Positions 8,189-17,114 of a DNA stretch of 32,000 nt are shown here, one piece after another (position 1 is the stretch's first letter; every line of letters starts with the position of its first letter). The position numbers and the translations under genes are program-made. Source of the DNA: Geotalea uraniireducens Rf4. Its GTDB lineage: Bacteria > Desulfobacterota > Desulfuromonadia > Geobacterales > Geobacteraceae. The notes under the pieces were generated by a model that did not search any database, was not told the DNA's origin, and saw only the letters and a program-made list of their open reading frames with translations. The stretch is from positions 3,390,001 to 3,422,000 of the forward strand of contig NC_009483.1 in assembly GCF_000016745.1 (NCBI RefSeq), in the 5' to 3' direction.

Positions 8189-8947
8189 TCATATGCCTCT
8201 TACGTAGGGATTATTCGACTTCTCATGACCAATGTTGGAAGAGGGGCCGTGCCCCGGATAGACCAGAGTCGGTTCGGGAAGGGTAAACAGCTTGTTCCGT
8301 ATTCCCTCGATCAGCGCCTCGTGGGAGCTGCCGGGAAAATCGGTCCGCCCCACCCCATCGGCAAACAGGGTATCGCCGGTGATGACCTTACCCTCGCTCT
8401 CCAGATACAGGCAGCACCCACCCGGCGTGTGTCCCGGCGTATGGAGCACTTTCAGCTGCTGGGAGCCGAAGATCACCACCATCCCATCCTCCAGAAGCCC
8501 ATCCGGCTTGGGGGAATTCTCCGTTTTCAGGCCGTAGGCGGCGGCCACCTCTGCGGCGCGTGAGAGGAAATAGACGTCCGCCTCGTGGATCAACAGCTTT
8601 GCGCCGGTGGCTTCGAGCAGCCGCCGGTTTCCCCCCACATGATCAAAATGGCCATGGGTATTGAGCACATACTTTATGGCCAGTCCCGACTTTTTCACGG
8701 CTGCCAGCACCCGGTCCGCATCCGCGCCGGGATCGACCACTATACCCTCTTTGGTTTCCTCGCAGCCGAGGATGAAACAATTGACACCCAGCTGACCGAC
8801 TACTACGGTTTCGAAAATCATAGGGCTCCTCTTTTCAGATTTATGCAGCGACTTGTCCTGCCCTGTTGCAATCAGGCACGCGATCAACAGCAGGGTAACC
8901 GCCGTAACGAACCATAACCAGCGTAAGGTTTTGCTCTTCGTCATCAC
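8189..8947 (-). CDS. MBL-fold metallo-hydrolase (glyoxalase II-like), possibly a lipoprotein
   Basis: It has an HxHxDH motif (NTHGHFDHVGGN), then HTPGHTPGG and a C-terminal GHG. The N-terminal 42 codons encode a signal peptide with lipobox LIAC. A second in-frame ATG at 8821 has a strong SD (AAGAGGAG). Confidence 0.85.
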   Translation of the reverse strand: MMTKSKTLRWLWFVTAVTLLLIACLIATGQDKSLHKSEKRSPMIFETVVVGQLGVNCFILGCEETKEGIVVDPGADADRVLAAVKKSGLAIKYVLNTHGHFDHVGGNRRLLEATGAKLLIHEADVYFLSRAAEVAAAYGLKTENSPKPDGLLEDGMVVIFGSQQLKVLHTPGHTPGGCCLYLESEGKVITGDTLFADGVGRTDFPGSSHEALIEGIRNKLFTLPEPTLVYPGHGPSSNIGHEKSNNPYVRGI

Positions 8948-8963
8948 TTACGCCCCTCAGGTT

Positions 8964-10064
8964 TTAAAACAGGTCCAGGTTTTCTCCCTTGAGTTGCGTA
9001 AAGGGATTGTTGTGAAATCCTTTCTTCCCATTGTCACCGCTGGGGCGCGGCTGGGGCTCCGGTGGAGGTTCTTCAGCAACAACCTCGACCGGCGGCAGAT
9101 CGTCTTCCTCGTCCACGCAGTTCTCCTTGTAGAAGTAACGGTCATAGAGCCGGTGATAGGCGGTCCAGCGGGAACTGTTCACCGGTTCTTTCCTGATATG
9201 AGTTCTGATGCCGTTGATCTTGGAATCGAGGTCGTCAAGGTAATTGAGGATGGTCGCCTCAAGGGTCTTCGGCCGCTTCGGCGAACCGTACTCATACTGG
9301 CCATGGTGGGAAAGGAGCATATGCTTGAGGAGCATCGAAAGCTCCAGGGGAAATCCGGGAATAGCGGCGATTTTCTCCTGCAGCATCTCAACGCCGATGG
9401 TGATATGGCCGAGCAGCTTCCCCTCATCGGTATAATCGAAGGAACGCATGTAGGACATCTCCCGCACCTTCCCCACATCGTGGAGAAGTGCCCCGGCAAC
9501 GAGCAAGTCGCGGTTAAGCCCGGCATAGAGGGGAACAATCTGCTCCACCAGCCGTGCAACTGCCAGGGAGTGCTCCAAAAGCCCACCAAGATAGACGTGG
9601 TGCATCCCCTTTGCAGCAGGGGCAACGCGATAAAGCCTCATCAAGTCCTGATCTTCAAAGAATGACTTGAGCAGGCGCTTCAAATGGGTATCGGCGATTG
9701 AGGCGACCAGGGAGGCAAGCTCTTCCTCCATCTCCTGAATGCTGCGCTCGGTCTCCGGCAGAAAATCAGCCAGGATGACATTTTCCTCAGCCACCCGCCT
9801 CAGCTCCGAGATTATGAGCTGCAACTTACCCAGGTAGACGGAAGCCTTGGACCGGACCGAGAGGAAATCGTCCTTTTCGAACAGGGCACCTACCTGGTCC
9901 ACATTATCCCAGACCTTTGCCTCTACCTCGCCGCTTTTATCCATCAGACGCAGGGTCAGGTAGGGTTTGCCGTTTTTGGCCATGGCCATGATCTTTTCCT
10001 TGACCAGAAAGACCGAATCCACCTGATCGCGGTCCTTTATGTCCGAAACAAATTTTTTATCCAA
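8964..10064 (-). CDS. yhaM: YhaM-like 3'-5' exoribonuclease family protein (OB fold + HD domain)
   Basis: The N-terminal OB fold is NGKPYLTLRLMDKSGEVEAKVWD. The HD domain is HHVYLGGLLEHSL...LLHDVGK...SHHGQYEYGSP. Confidence 0.75.
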   Translation of the reverse strand: MDKKFVSDIKDRDQVDSVFLVKEKIMAMAKNGKPYLTLRLMDKSGEVEAKVWDNVDQVGALFEKDDFLSVRSKASVYLGKLQLIISELRRVAEENVILADFLPETERSIQEMEEELASLVASIADTHLKRLLKSFFEDQDLMRLYRVAPAAKGMHHVYLGGLLEHSLAVARLVEQIVPLYAGLNRDLLVAGALLHDVGKVREMSYMRSFDYTDEGKLLGHITIGVEMLQEKIAAIPGFPLELSMLLKHMLLSHHGQYEYGSPKRPKTLEATILNYLDDLDSKINGIRTHIRKEPVNSSRWTAYHRLYDRYFYKENCVDEEDDLPPVEVVAEEPPPEPQPRPSGDNGKKGFHNNPFTQLKGENLDLF

Positions 10065-10132
10065 AGTCCACTCCTTTTATCAGTCTACGCAATAACATCG
10101 AAAGAAACAAAATGTTCCACATTCCCAAAGTC

Positions 10133-11746
10133 CTATGATTTTTCACCATCGACCATCGACCATCGACCATCAACCGCCTGTACAATGGCATCGGCCACCC
10201 TGATACCGTCGAGAGCGGCGCTCATGATACCTCCGGCATGGCCCGCGCCCTCTCCTGCCGGATAGAGCCCCCTGACGCTTGTGGACTGCATGTCTTCACC
10301 ACGCAGAATGCGCAACGGCGCGGATGTTCTCGTTTCCACGCCGGTCAGGGTCGCTTCGGCAGTGATGAAGCCGCGCATTTTGCGTTCGAAATGACGAATC
10401 CCATCCCGGAGGGTCGAAGAGACGTATTCCGGCAGGACCAAAGAAAGATCGACTTCACGCACCCCGGGGCGGTAGGTGGATGAAACCTTCCCCCTCCTCT
10501 TACCGTCGAGGAACGTCATGAGATTCTGGGCCGGCGCCCGATAATCGCCCCCGGCGGTCTGGAACGCCTTGCGCTCCCAGCGCCGCTGGAATTCGACCCC
10601 GGCCAGTGGGTCATCGCCGGCGAAATCGTTGCGTCCGACCGTAACCACGAGGGCGCTGTTGGCAAAGGGGGAATTGCGAAGATAGCCGCTCATGCCGTTT
10701 GTGACGACTCCACCCTCTTCGGAGGCCCCCGCTACCACGACACCACCGGGACACATGCAGAATGAGTATGCGGAACGGCCGCTCAGGGCATCATTGTACG
10801 CCAGGGCATAATCAGCCGGTGGCAGTTGGGGATGGGAAGCCATCCCATACTGGATGCGGTTGATGAGTTCCTGTGGATGCTCGACGCGCACCCCGACGGC
10901 GAACGGTTTCTGCTCCATGGCGACCGACCGCCGCCTGAGCATCTCATAGGTATCGCGAGCGCTGTGCCCCGGCGCCAGCACCAGCAGATCACAGAGGCAT
11001 TCGTCGCAGCCGTTGATCTCGATCGCGGTGAGCCTGTCGTCAGCGATTCTTATATCGGTCAACTGCCTGCTGAAACGGACCGGAAACCCCTGCAATTCCA
11101 GGTGACGCCGAATAGCGGAGACAACCTGCCGCAACCGGTCGGTACCGATATGCGGTTTTGCCGCGGCGAGGATTTCCGGCGGAGCTCCGAACTGTGCGAG
11201 TTTCATCAGCACATAGCTTATGTTCGCATCCTTCAGCCGCGTGGTCAGTTTGCCGTCGGAAAAGGTCCCCGCTCCTCCCTCGCCAAACTGGACATTGCTG
11301 GCCATGTCCAGGCACCCCTTGTCCCAGAATGCCTGGACGTCCTTTACCCGCTCCTCAACCGGCTTGCCCCGTTCGATGATGGTCGCCGTCAGGCCGTACT
11401 CGGCAAGGCGAAGGGCGGCAAAGAGTCCGGCCGGCCCTGTCCCGGCAATCACGATACGTTTTCCGCTGCTGACCCGGCTGAATACGGGCGCCCTCTTTTC
11501 GCCAACATATTCCAGGTCACTGTCAACTCGCTGCGTTGCTCTGAATCGCTCCTCGTCTGCAAGCCTGAATTCAACCGTGTAGACAAGCTTGACCTGCGGT
11601 TTCTTCCTCGCGTCGATCCCCCTTCGCACTACGGCAAAATGCGTGATGTCGTTACGCTGGAGCGAAAACCTGGTTACGACTTTCTCAAGCAGAAGTTCTT
11701 CACTTTCGCCGAGAAGTAATGTGAGATTGCGGAGCAGGAAAGGCAT
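10133..11746 (-). CDS. NAD(FAD)-dependent dehydrogenase (COG2509-type FAD protein)
   Basis: It has Rossmann IVIAGTGPAGLFAALRL...ERG, a C-terminal GLYPAGEGAGHAGGIMSAALDG motif, and the 537-aa size typical of this family. Confidence 0.8.
   Translation of the reverse strand: MPFLLRNLTLLLGESEELLLEKVVTRFSLQRNDITHFAVVRRGIDARKKPQVKLVYTVEFRLADEERFRATQRVDSDLEYVGEKRAPVFSRVSSGKRIVIAGTGPAGLFAALRLAEYGLTATIIERGKPVEERVKDVQAFWDKGCLDMASNVQFGEGGAGTFSDGKLTTRLKDANISYVLMKLAQFGAPPEILAAAKPHIGTDRLRQVVSAIRRHLELQGFPVRFSRQLTDIRIADDRLTAIEINGCDECLCDLLVLAPGHSARDTYEMLRRRSVAMEQKPFAVGVRVEHPQELINRIQYGMASHPQLPPADYALAYNDALSGRSAYSFCMCPGGVVVAGASEEGGVVTNGMSGYLRNSPFANSALVVTVGRNDFAGDDPLAGVEFQRRWERKAFQTAGGDYRAPAQNLMTFLDGKRRGKVSSTYRPGVREVDLSLVLPEYVSSTLRDGIRHFERKMRGFITAEATLTGVETRTSAPLRILRGEDMQSTSVRGLYPAGEGAGHAGGIMSAALDGIRVADAIVQAVDGRWSMVDGEKS
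10145..10172. repeat. 7-bp tandem repeat (ACCATCG x3 plus one degenerate copy) at the 3' end of the FAD-protein CDS
   Basis: Read directly: accatcg accatcg accatcg accatca. On the coding strand it encodes ...DGRWSMVDGEKS*, 4 codons before the stop. Confidence 0.9.
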
Positions 11747-11755
11747 GGGAGTGAA

Positions 11756-12160
11756 TCACTCAGCGAGCCGCTGATGCTTCTTGCGGTCGAGCAATTGCTC
11801 GACGATGATGACAATATCGAACGGTTTGGTGGATTTGGGGATATGAATTTTGGCCCCCATCTCAGGAATCTCGTGCTCATGGGGAGCGCCCTGAAACATG
11901 GAGGTAAGGAGGATGATAATCGGTTCTTTTTCTCCGGCACGGCGTGAAATTTCGAGACAGGTGCTGACACCACCCATCCGGGGCATGATCAAGTCAGAGA
12001 TTACCACTTCCGGATTGCTGTCTATAAATGCCTTCACTCCTTCTACGCCGTCATTGGCGGTAAAAACCAAAAATCCGGTTTCCTGGAAAGCGTCGGACAA
12101 TACCTTCAGGAAAAATGGGTCGTCATCGATAAGAAGGATTTTTCCTCTGGCATCTTTCAT
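11756..12160 (-). CDS. Stand-alone response regulator receiver (CheY-like)
   Basis: It has ILLIDDD, a phospho-acceptor context VVISDLIMPRMGG and a conserved K in IPKSTKP. No output domain (134 aa). Confidence 0.85.
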   Translation of the reverse strand: MKDARGKILLIDDDPFFLKVLSDAFQETGFLVFTANDGVEGVKAFIDSNPEVVISDLIMPRMGGVSTCLEISRRAGEKEPIIILLTSMFQGAPHEHEIPEMGAKIHIPKSTKPFDIVIIVEQLLDRKKHQRLAE

Positions 12161-12281
12161 GCGGAAACCTCAAAAGCAATAAATAGTTTCCATCGGTAAA
12201 CATCTGATGAAAAACTACGGGTGCCGACATAATACAAAAATGCAACTCAAAAGAAAAGGATAAACAGGCCACCACCAGACA

Positions 12282-13466
12282 TCAACCATTCAGCGGCAGT
12301 TTAATGCAAAAAGTCGTGCCGCTGGCATCGCTTTTTTCAACCTCGATCTTGCCTTTATAGTTTTTCACGATGCGCAGGACAACAGACAGTCCAAGGCCCG
12401 TGCCACGGCTATTGGTGGTGAAAAACGGGTCAAAAACATAGGGGATGTTTTCCGGAGGAATCCCCTTGCCGGTATCGGAAACCCGAACGACTATGTACTT
12501 GGCGTCATAATTCAGTTGGACCTTTAATGTCCCTGCTAAAGGCATTTCATTGATGGAATTGAGAAAAAGGTTGGTGAAAATCTGTTCCAGTTCCGAAGGA
12601 TCGGCCTTAATGGCAGGAGGAATGCTCCGGTAATCCCGCTCAACCTTGATTTTGTGAAGTTCTATCTGGGGGCTGAAGATTTCAAGGGTGCTGTCTATTA
12701 CCCGATCGATCATCACATCCATGATTTCGAATTTAGGTCTTTTTGATGCGTCGAGCAACTTGCGCAGGATACCGTCGATCCGGTCGATTTCTTTCAGTAT
12801 CTTCTCAACGTATTCAAGCTTCTCCAGATCTTCCATGCCGCTCTTGATGAGCTGGACGAAAAGGGAGATCGAGTTCAGCGGGTTTCGGATTTCATGGGCC
12901 ATCCCGGCAGAAAGATAACCGAGTGTTGCCAGTTTTTCCGATTGAACGATCTCCGCCTGGGCCCTCTGCAGCGCCTCGCTCTTTTCCTGGACCCTTGCCT
13001 CCAGTTCCAGGTTCCAGGCCTCTATCTCCGCAAGAAGCATTTCCCTCTCGCGGAGCAGCTCACGGTTTTTGAGCTCGATCCCACGTATTTTCAGAACATT
13101 TTCTATCCGGTCGGCCAGGTCCTGATTGTTGAAAGGTTTGAGGATATAGTCGGAAGCGCCGGCCTTCATCAGTTCCACGGCAATTTCTTCGCTCCCCTTG
13201 CCGGTAAACATGATGACATAGGTGTCGGGAAACCGCCTGCGGATCTCCTTCAACGCAGTCAGACCGTCCATATCGGGCATCATGTAGTCGAGAAGCACGA
13301 GCTCCGGCTGGGAAGCATCGATTATTTCAAAGCCGGATGGCGCATCAACAGCGGTAAAAACCGTATAACCGCGGTTTTTGAGGATGATGGAAGTGAGATC
13401 AAGGATCACCTTCTCGTCGTCAATTATCAGCACCCGGCCGCTTTGTTGCTTTAGTTCTTTTGCCAT
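12282..13466 (-). CDS. Soluble REC-HisKA-HATPase_c sensor histidine kinase
   Basis: The N-terminal receiver has VLIIDDE, LVLLDYMMPDMDG and LKP. A coiled coil follows, then the H-box GMAHEIRNPLN, the N box NLFLNSINE and the G boxes DTGKGI / GTGLGLS. There are no TM segments. Confidence 0.9.
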   Translation of the reverse strand: MAKELKQQSGRVLIIDDEKVILDLTSIILKNRGYTVFTAVDAPSGFEIIDASQPELVLLDYMMPDMDGLTALKEIRRRFPDTYVIMFTGKGSEEIAVELMKAGASDYILKPFNNQDLADRIENVLKIRGIELKNRELLREREMLLAEIEAWNLELEARVQEKSEALQRAQAEIVQSEKLATLGYLSAGMAHEIRNPLNSISLFVQLIKSGMEDLEKLEYVEKILKEIDRIDGILRKLLDASKRPKFEIMDVMIDRVIDSTLEIFSPQIELHKIKVERDYRSIPPAIKADPSELEQIFTNLFLNSINEMPLAGTLKVQLNYDAKYIVVRVSDTGKGIPPENIPYVFDPFFTTNSRGTGLGLSVVLRIVKNYKGKIEVEKSDASGTTFCIKLPLNG

Positions 13467-13555
13467 AGATTCGTCCGTCGTTCGAATAAGTGTTTATTTT
13501 GATATGTCAGCGGTTAATGCCGTGCCACTATTGCAATTAAACAAAAACTTAGTCA

Positions 13556-13586
13556 ACACAAAAAGAAGGGCAGCAATTGCTGCCCC
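13556..13586 (-). terminator. Rho-independent terminator downstream of the usp gene
   Basis: The minus strand reads GGGCAGC-AATT-GCTGCCC followed by TTCTTTTTGTG. It lies 42 nt after the usp stop. Confidence 0.6.
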
Positions 13587-13627
13587 TCAATCTTTCAATC
13601 GTTTCATGACGGACGCATTAAGCCCAG

Positions 13628-14071
13628 TCAAGGAAGTCGGACGGTCATGACCGGACGAGCGGACTTTCTGACCACTCTCTCGGCAGTGCTGCCGAAAAGA
13701 AGATGGTCAATCCCGCTTCGACCTTGCGTACCGAGAACAATTAGAGAGACTTTTTCCTCATCTGCTTTCTTGAGAATTTCCTCGTAAGGAATCCCCGTAA
13801 CTATGTTTGCTTTGTAATTGCTGAAATCCTTGATCTTGGTCCGGCAGAATTTCTGCATCATCTTTTCTGCCCCTTCCTCGATCTCCTTCTCAAGGTTCTC
13901 GAAAGAGACATGCGGCACATAAAAACCGCGCAGATCCACCGGTTCGTTTATAACATGAAGAATGATTAATTGCGAACCGAATTTTTGAGCCAAAGCATAT
14001 GCGTAATCAAAGGCGTGCTCCGAATTTTCGGAAAAATCGGTAGCAAAAAGGATCTTTTCAAACTGTTTCAC
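13628..14071 (-). CDS. Universal stress protein (UspA family)
   Basis: ILFATDFSENSEHAFDYA ... LIVLGTQGRSGIDHLLFGSTAERVVRKSARPVMTV is the canonical Usp ATP-binding motif G-x2-G-x9-G(S/T). Confidence 0.9.
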   Translation of the reverse strand: MKQFEKILFATDFSENSEHAFDYAYALAQKFGSQLIILHVINEPVDLRGFYVPHVSFENLEKEIEEGAEKMMQKFCRTKIKDFSNYKANIVTGIPYEEILKKADEEKVSLIVLGTQGRSGIDHLLFGSTAERVVRKSARPVMTVRLP

Positions 14072-14096
14072 GTAACCCTCCCTTGCAGCGTGGTCT

Positions 14097-14486
14097 TTAG
14101 TGGCTCGTTTCCTTGAATATTTTCTTAAGGATTGATTTCAGCTCCTCAATTTTTACCGGTTTGTTTATATATTCGAAGGCACCGAGGTTCATCGCCTCAA
14201 TGTACGACTCAACCCCTCCATAGGCGGTAATCATGATAACGTTACTCTTCGGAAAGTTCTTGTTTAATTCCTTGAGAAAGGTTATGCCATTCATTTCCGG
14301 CATGTTTATGTCGGTCACAATCAGGTTGACCTCTTGCTGCCGCAGGTAGTTCAAAGCCTCGAACCCATTGGACACGCTTTCAACCAGGAAACCTTCCTTG
14401 GCCAGCAACCGGGACAATCCGATTCTGGCATTTTCTTCGTCGTCCACTACCAGTATTCTCTTTTGATTTTTCATCGTTATCAACAT
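14097..14486 (-). CDS. Stand-alone response regulator receiver
   Basis: It has ILVVDDEE, LIVTDINMPEMNG, ITAYG and INKP. 129 aa, no output domain. Confidence 0.9.
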   Translation of the reverse strand: MLITMKNQKRILVVDDEENARIGLSRLLAKEGFLVESVSNGFEALNYLRQQEVNLIVTDINMPEMNGITFLKELNKNFPKSNVIMITAYGGVESYIEAMNLGAFEYINKPVKIEELKSILKKIFKETSH

Positions 14487-14554
14487 ATAACTCCATATTT
14501 TTTTACAAACTGTTTCTCAGTCTAACATGGAGTTCAGCCCTGTCAAGTCACAGT

Positions 14555-15283
14555 TCACGGAGTAACATTCCCGGAAGCGACCTTTTGTCGTAACTTTACA
14601 GCGGTAAGAATCAAATTGGCTATGATTGAAATAAAATATATCTCGTCATCGGTAAAGGTTTTCATGGAAGTGGAATTAAGGTTGATCACCCCATAGACAT
14701 CCTGCTTGTCGGCAATGGGAAAGGAAAGCATCGAGTTGTATTTTTCTTCCTGCAATTCCGAGAAACTCTTGTAACGGGGATCCTGCGAAGCACGGGTCAG
14801 GGATATATGCTGCCTGTCCCGGGCAACAGTCCCGGTGATCCCCTCTCCGATCTTGATCCGAATCTTTCCGACAAAGGAAACATCAAATCCATAGGTAGCA
14901 GCAAGGACCAGATCCCCCTCCTCCATCAGGTAGATGGAGCAGACGCTCACCTTGAGCTGGGTCGCCACTTTCTCCGCAACCCTCCGCAGCACTAGCGGAA
15001 GATCGAAGTCGGATGAGACGAGCATGCTGATCTCTTCCAGCGAAATGATCTCCAGATGCTCACGGTTGGCCTTCTGCATGGTCAACACCATCTTCCCCTT
15101 CTCACTTTCAAGAAACGGCGTAAATCCGGCCTTATGGTAAAAGGGGTTAACAGTCTTGACTTTCTCCGTAATGGTTCGGAAATCGGAAAAACCGCAACTG
15201 CAGGTCATCTTTACCCGGTAATTGTCTACCCGCTCGCTCTTCATAACCCTTCCGCATTTTCGGCAGCGTGCCACCAGTTGCAT
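14555..15283 (-). CDS. Zinc-ribbon + GAF domain protein
   Basis: The N-terminal CRKCG-x20-CSCG is a 4-Cys ribbon. The GAF-like core is VSVCSIYLMEEGDLVLAATYGF...IGEGITGTVARDRQHISL...MLSFPI...GVINL. Confidence 0.75.
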   Translation of the reverse strand: MQLVARCRKCGRVMKSERVDNYRVKMTCSCGFSDFRTITEKVKTVNPFYHKAGFTPFLESEKGKMVLTMQKANREHLEIISLEEISMLVSSDFDLPLVLRRVAEKVATQLKVSVCSIYLMEEGDLVLAATYGFDVSFVGKIRIKIGEGITGTVARDRQHISLTRASQDPRYKSFSELQEEKYNSMLSFPIADKQDVYGVINLNSTSMKTFTDDEIYFISIIANLILTAVKLRQKVASGNVTP

Positions 15284-15389
15284 ACAACACTCTCCTTATC
15301 TCGTAAAAACAATTAAAGGTTCAAAGTCCGATATGTTAACGTATCGGATACAATCTCCGAGCCTTAAACCTTAAAAGTAAAAAAATTCT

Positions 15390-16232
15390 TCATTGCTTAT
15401 AGTCAGCTTTTAACACCACGTGGGCCGGTACTCCTGCCGCACCGAAAGGCTTTAAGGGGTTCCCGTTGAATTCAGCCTCAACCCCACCGGCGTTGCCCAG
15501 GTCAAGTGTAAAAGACTTCTCAGCCTTCCATTCGATCAGATCCCCGGACTTCAGTTCGTAGTGTTGAGAAATGCTGTCATCAATGGTGACGTTCAATGAA
15601 CTGTCCTGATTAAATTTCAGCTTGAGGAATACGCCTTTCGGGCGAGGCTCACCGCCGGCAATCAGCTCGTTGCTTGCCGGATTGACTGCCGAAGCAGCAG
15701 ATTCAATTGCCTTTTCACTGCTTATTTTTGCCGATGAAAGGACCGGCTGCAGGGGTGACGGCAAGACAGCAACCTGCGGCTTAGAATAAGATGGCGGCGG
15801 CGTTATGCCCCTCTTCTCATCTTTTTCCTGAAGGAAAAACGCTGCCATAAGCACAAGTGACAGAAGCAAAAGTGGAAGTATCCATCGGTTCCGTCCGCCG
15901 GTTTTTATAGTCTCGACATGCTTGGATTGAGGGCGCTCTGCTGAAGGGGGGGTAACGGGGGCACGGGCACTGTCATACATGGCGATTATTTCGTTGCCTG
16001 AAAGGCCCAGGACCCCTGCGTATAAGCGGAGGAAACCCTTTACGTAGGCGGCATTGGGAAGCTTTTCAAACATCCCTTCTTCAATGGCAACCAGGTAGTT
16101 CTTGCTTATGCGGGTCACTTTGGCCACATCGTCAAGCTGCAGCCCCTGAGACTCGCGGATTTCTTGCAGATATGCGCCGACCGGTGTTCCAGTCCTGATT
16201 GCAGTGTTTGTTTCAGGCAACATGCTCCTCAC
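15390..16232 (-). CDS. rodZ: RodZ-like cytoskeleton protein (HTH + TM + DUF4115-like C-terminal domain)
   Basis: It has a Cro/C1-type HTH (LQEIRESQGLQLDDVAKVTRISKNYLVAIEEG), one TM segment (WILPLLLLSLVLMAAFFL), a Pro/Ser linker and a beta-rich C-terminus. The GTG start overlaps the upstream TGA (GTGA). An alternative ATG lies at 16223. Confidence 0.7.
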   Translation of the reverse strand: MRSMLPETNTAIRTGTPVGAYLQEIRESQGLQLDDVAKVTRISKNYLVAIEEGMFEKLPNAAYVKGFLRLYAGVLGLSGNEIIAMYDSARAPVTPPSAERPQSKHVETIKTGGRNRWILPLLLLSLVLMAAFFLQEKDEKRGITPPPSYSKPQVAVLPSPLQPVLSSAKISSEKAIESAASAVNPASNELIAGGEPRPKGVFLKLKFNQDSSLNVTIDDSISQHYELKSGDLIEWKAEKSFTLDLGNAGGVEAEFNGNPLKPFGAAGVPAHVVLKADYKQ

Positions 16233-16975
16233 TTTAGCATATCGAGATATTCCCGGGACAGCAGTCCGATTTCTGAATCGGGAGCGATACGAACTACGTC
16301 TTTAAAGGCTGTCACAGCCGCGCTGTTGTCTTTTATCTTTAGATAAGCGAGGCCCAGATAATAATAAGCATTCGCATAGTCCTTCTGAATCTCTGCGGCC
16401 CTCTTGTATTCGCCGATAGCCATCTCTATCTTGTCGAGGGCAAAATAAACCCGCCCAAGGCTCATCCGCAATCGCGGGTCCCGCGGATAACTGACGAGCG
16501 CCGAACGAAATACGGAAAGGGCCTGCTGGTAATCACCCTTGCCGAAATAGGCAAGGCCCAGATTGATGGTGGCGGCATCCTGGTTCTGGTAGAAAATATC
16601 TTCCGTCACTATTTTAAGCTGTTGAATTGCGTCATCCCAGCGTTTCATTTCCAGGTAGTTGACGCCGAGGTTGTTTCTGACTTCGGAATAGACCGGCCGC
16701 AACTTGAGGGCCTTCAGATATTTCTGTTCGGCGACGTCAAACTTGTTCTTGCGGAAATAGACCATCCCCAGGTAATTGAGCAACTCGGGATCGTCAGGCA
16801 CGATCTTCTCCGCCTCGGTAAATTCCACCAAGGCGCCGGTAATATTGTTCTCGCCGAGGTAGGACAACCCCATCTGGTAATGGTAGGATTCCTTTTTCCT
16901 GGCCTCTTCGCTCAGTGCACAAGCGGAAGTCAAACAAGCAGCCGTCAATAACAAACCGAGCAGAGAATATTTCAT
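16229..16975 (-). CDS. pilW: TPR-repeat lipoprotein, PilW/PilF-like
   Basis: The start is placed at ATG 16975 (MKYSLLGLLLTAACLTSAC lipobox; SD AAGGA). About six TPR repeats follow. Its position immediately upstream of rodZ matches the pilF/pilW-rodZ order known in other proteobacteria. Confidence 0.6.
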   Translation of the reverse strand: MKYSLLGLLLTAACLTSACALSEEARKKESYHYQMGLSYLGENNITGALVEFTEAEKIVPDDPELLNYLGMVYFRKNKFDVAEQKYLKALKLRPVYSEVRNNLGVNYLEMKRWDDAIQQLKIVTEDIFYQNQDAATINLGLAYFGKGDYQQALSVFRSALVSYPRDPRLRMSLGRVYFALDKIEMAIGEYKRAAEIQKDYANAYYYLGLAYLKIKDNSAAVTAFKDVVRIAPDSEIGLLSREYLDMLK

Positions 16976-17114
16976 GTTTCCTTCTGCACCCTCACCTTGC
17001 ACTACCCCAGCCAGGCAGTACCGGACGGGTGGATTGCGTTAATTTCTGGGAAAACTAGCAGATTTGCCGGCCGATGTCAATGTAACGCCCCATTTCCGGC
17101 CTTTGCCGGTCGGA

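Noticed and set aside
7799-11719. Long plus-strand ORFs 7799..8563 (254 aa), 8853..9665 (270 aa) and 10826..11719 (297 aa)
   Set aside because: Each lies antisense to a minus-strand gene with clear family motifs (coaBC/MBL, YhaM-like, FAD protein). None has an SD or a recognisable domain.
13509-13530. Sigma54 promoter upstream of the REC-HK gene (minus strand TGGCACGGCATTAACC)
   Set aside because: The -24 element is perfect, but the -12 element is TAAC instead of TTGC at the required spacing. That is too weak to call.
17096-17109. Hairpin CCGGC-cttt-GCCGG just downstream of the pfkB-family stop as a terminator
   Set aside because: The stem is only 5 bp and no U-tract follows on the minus strand.
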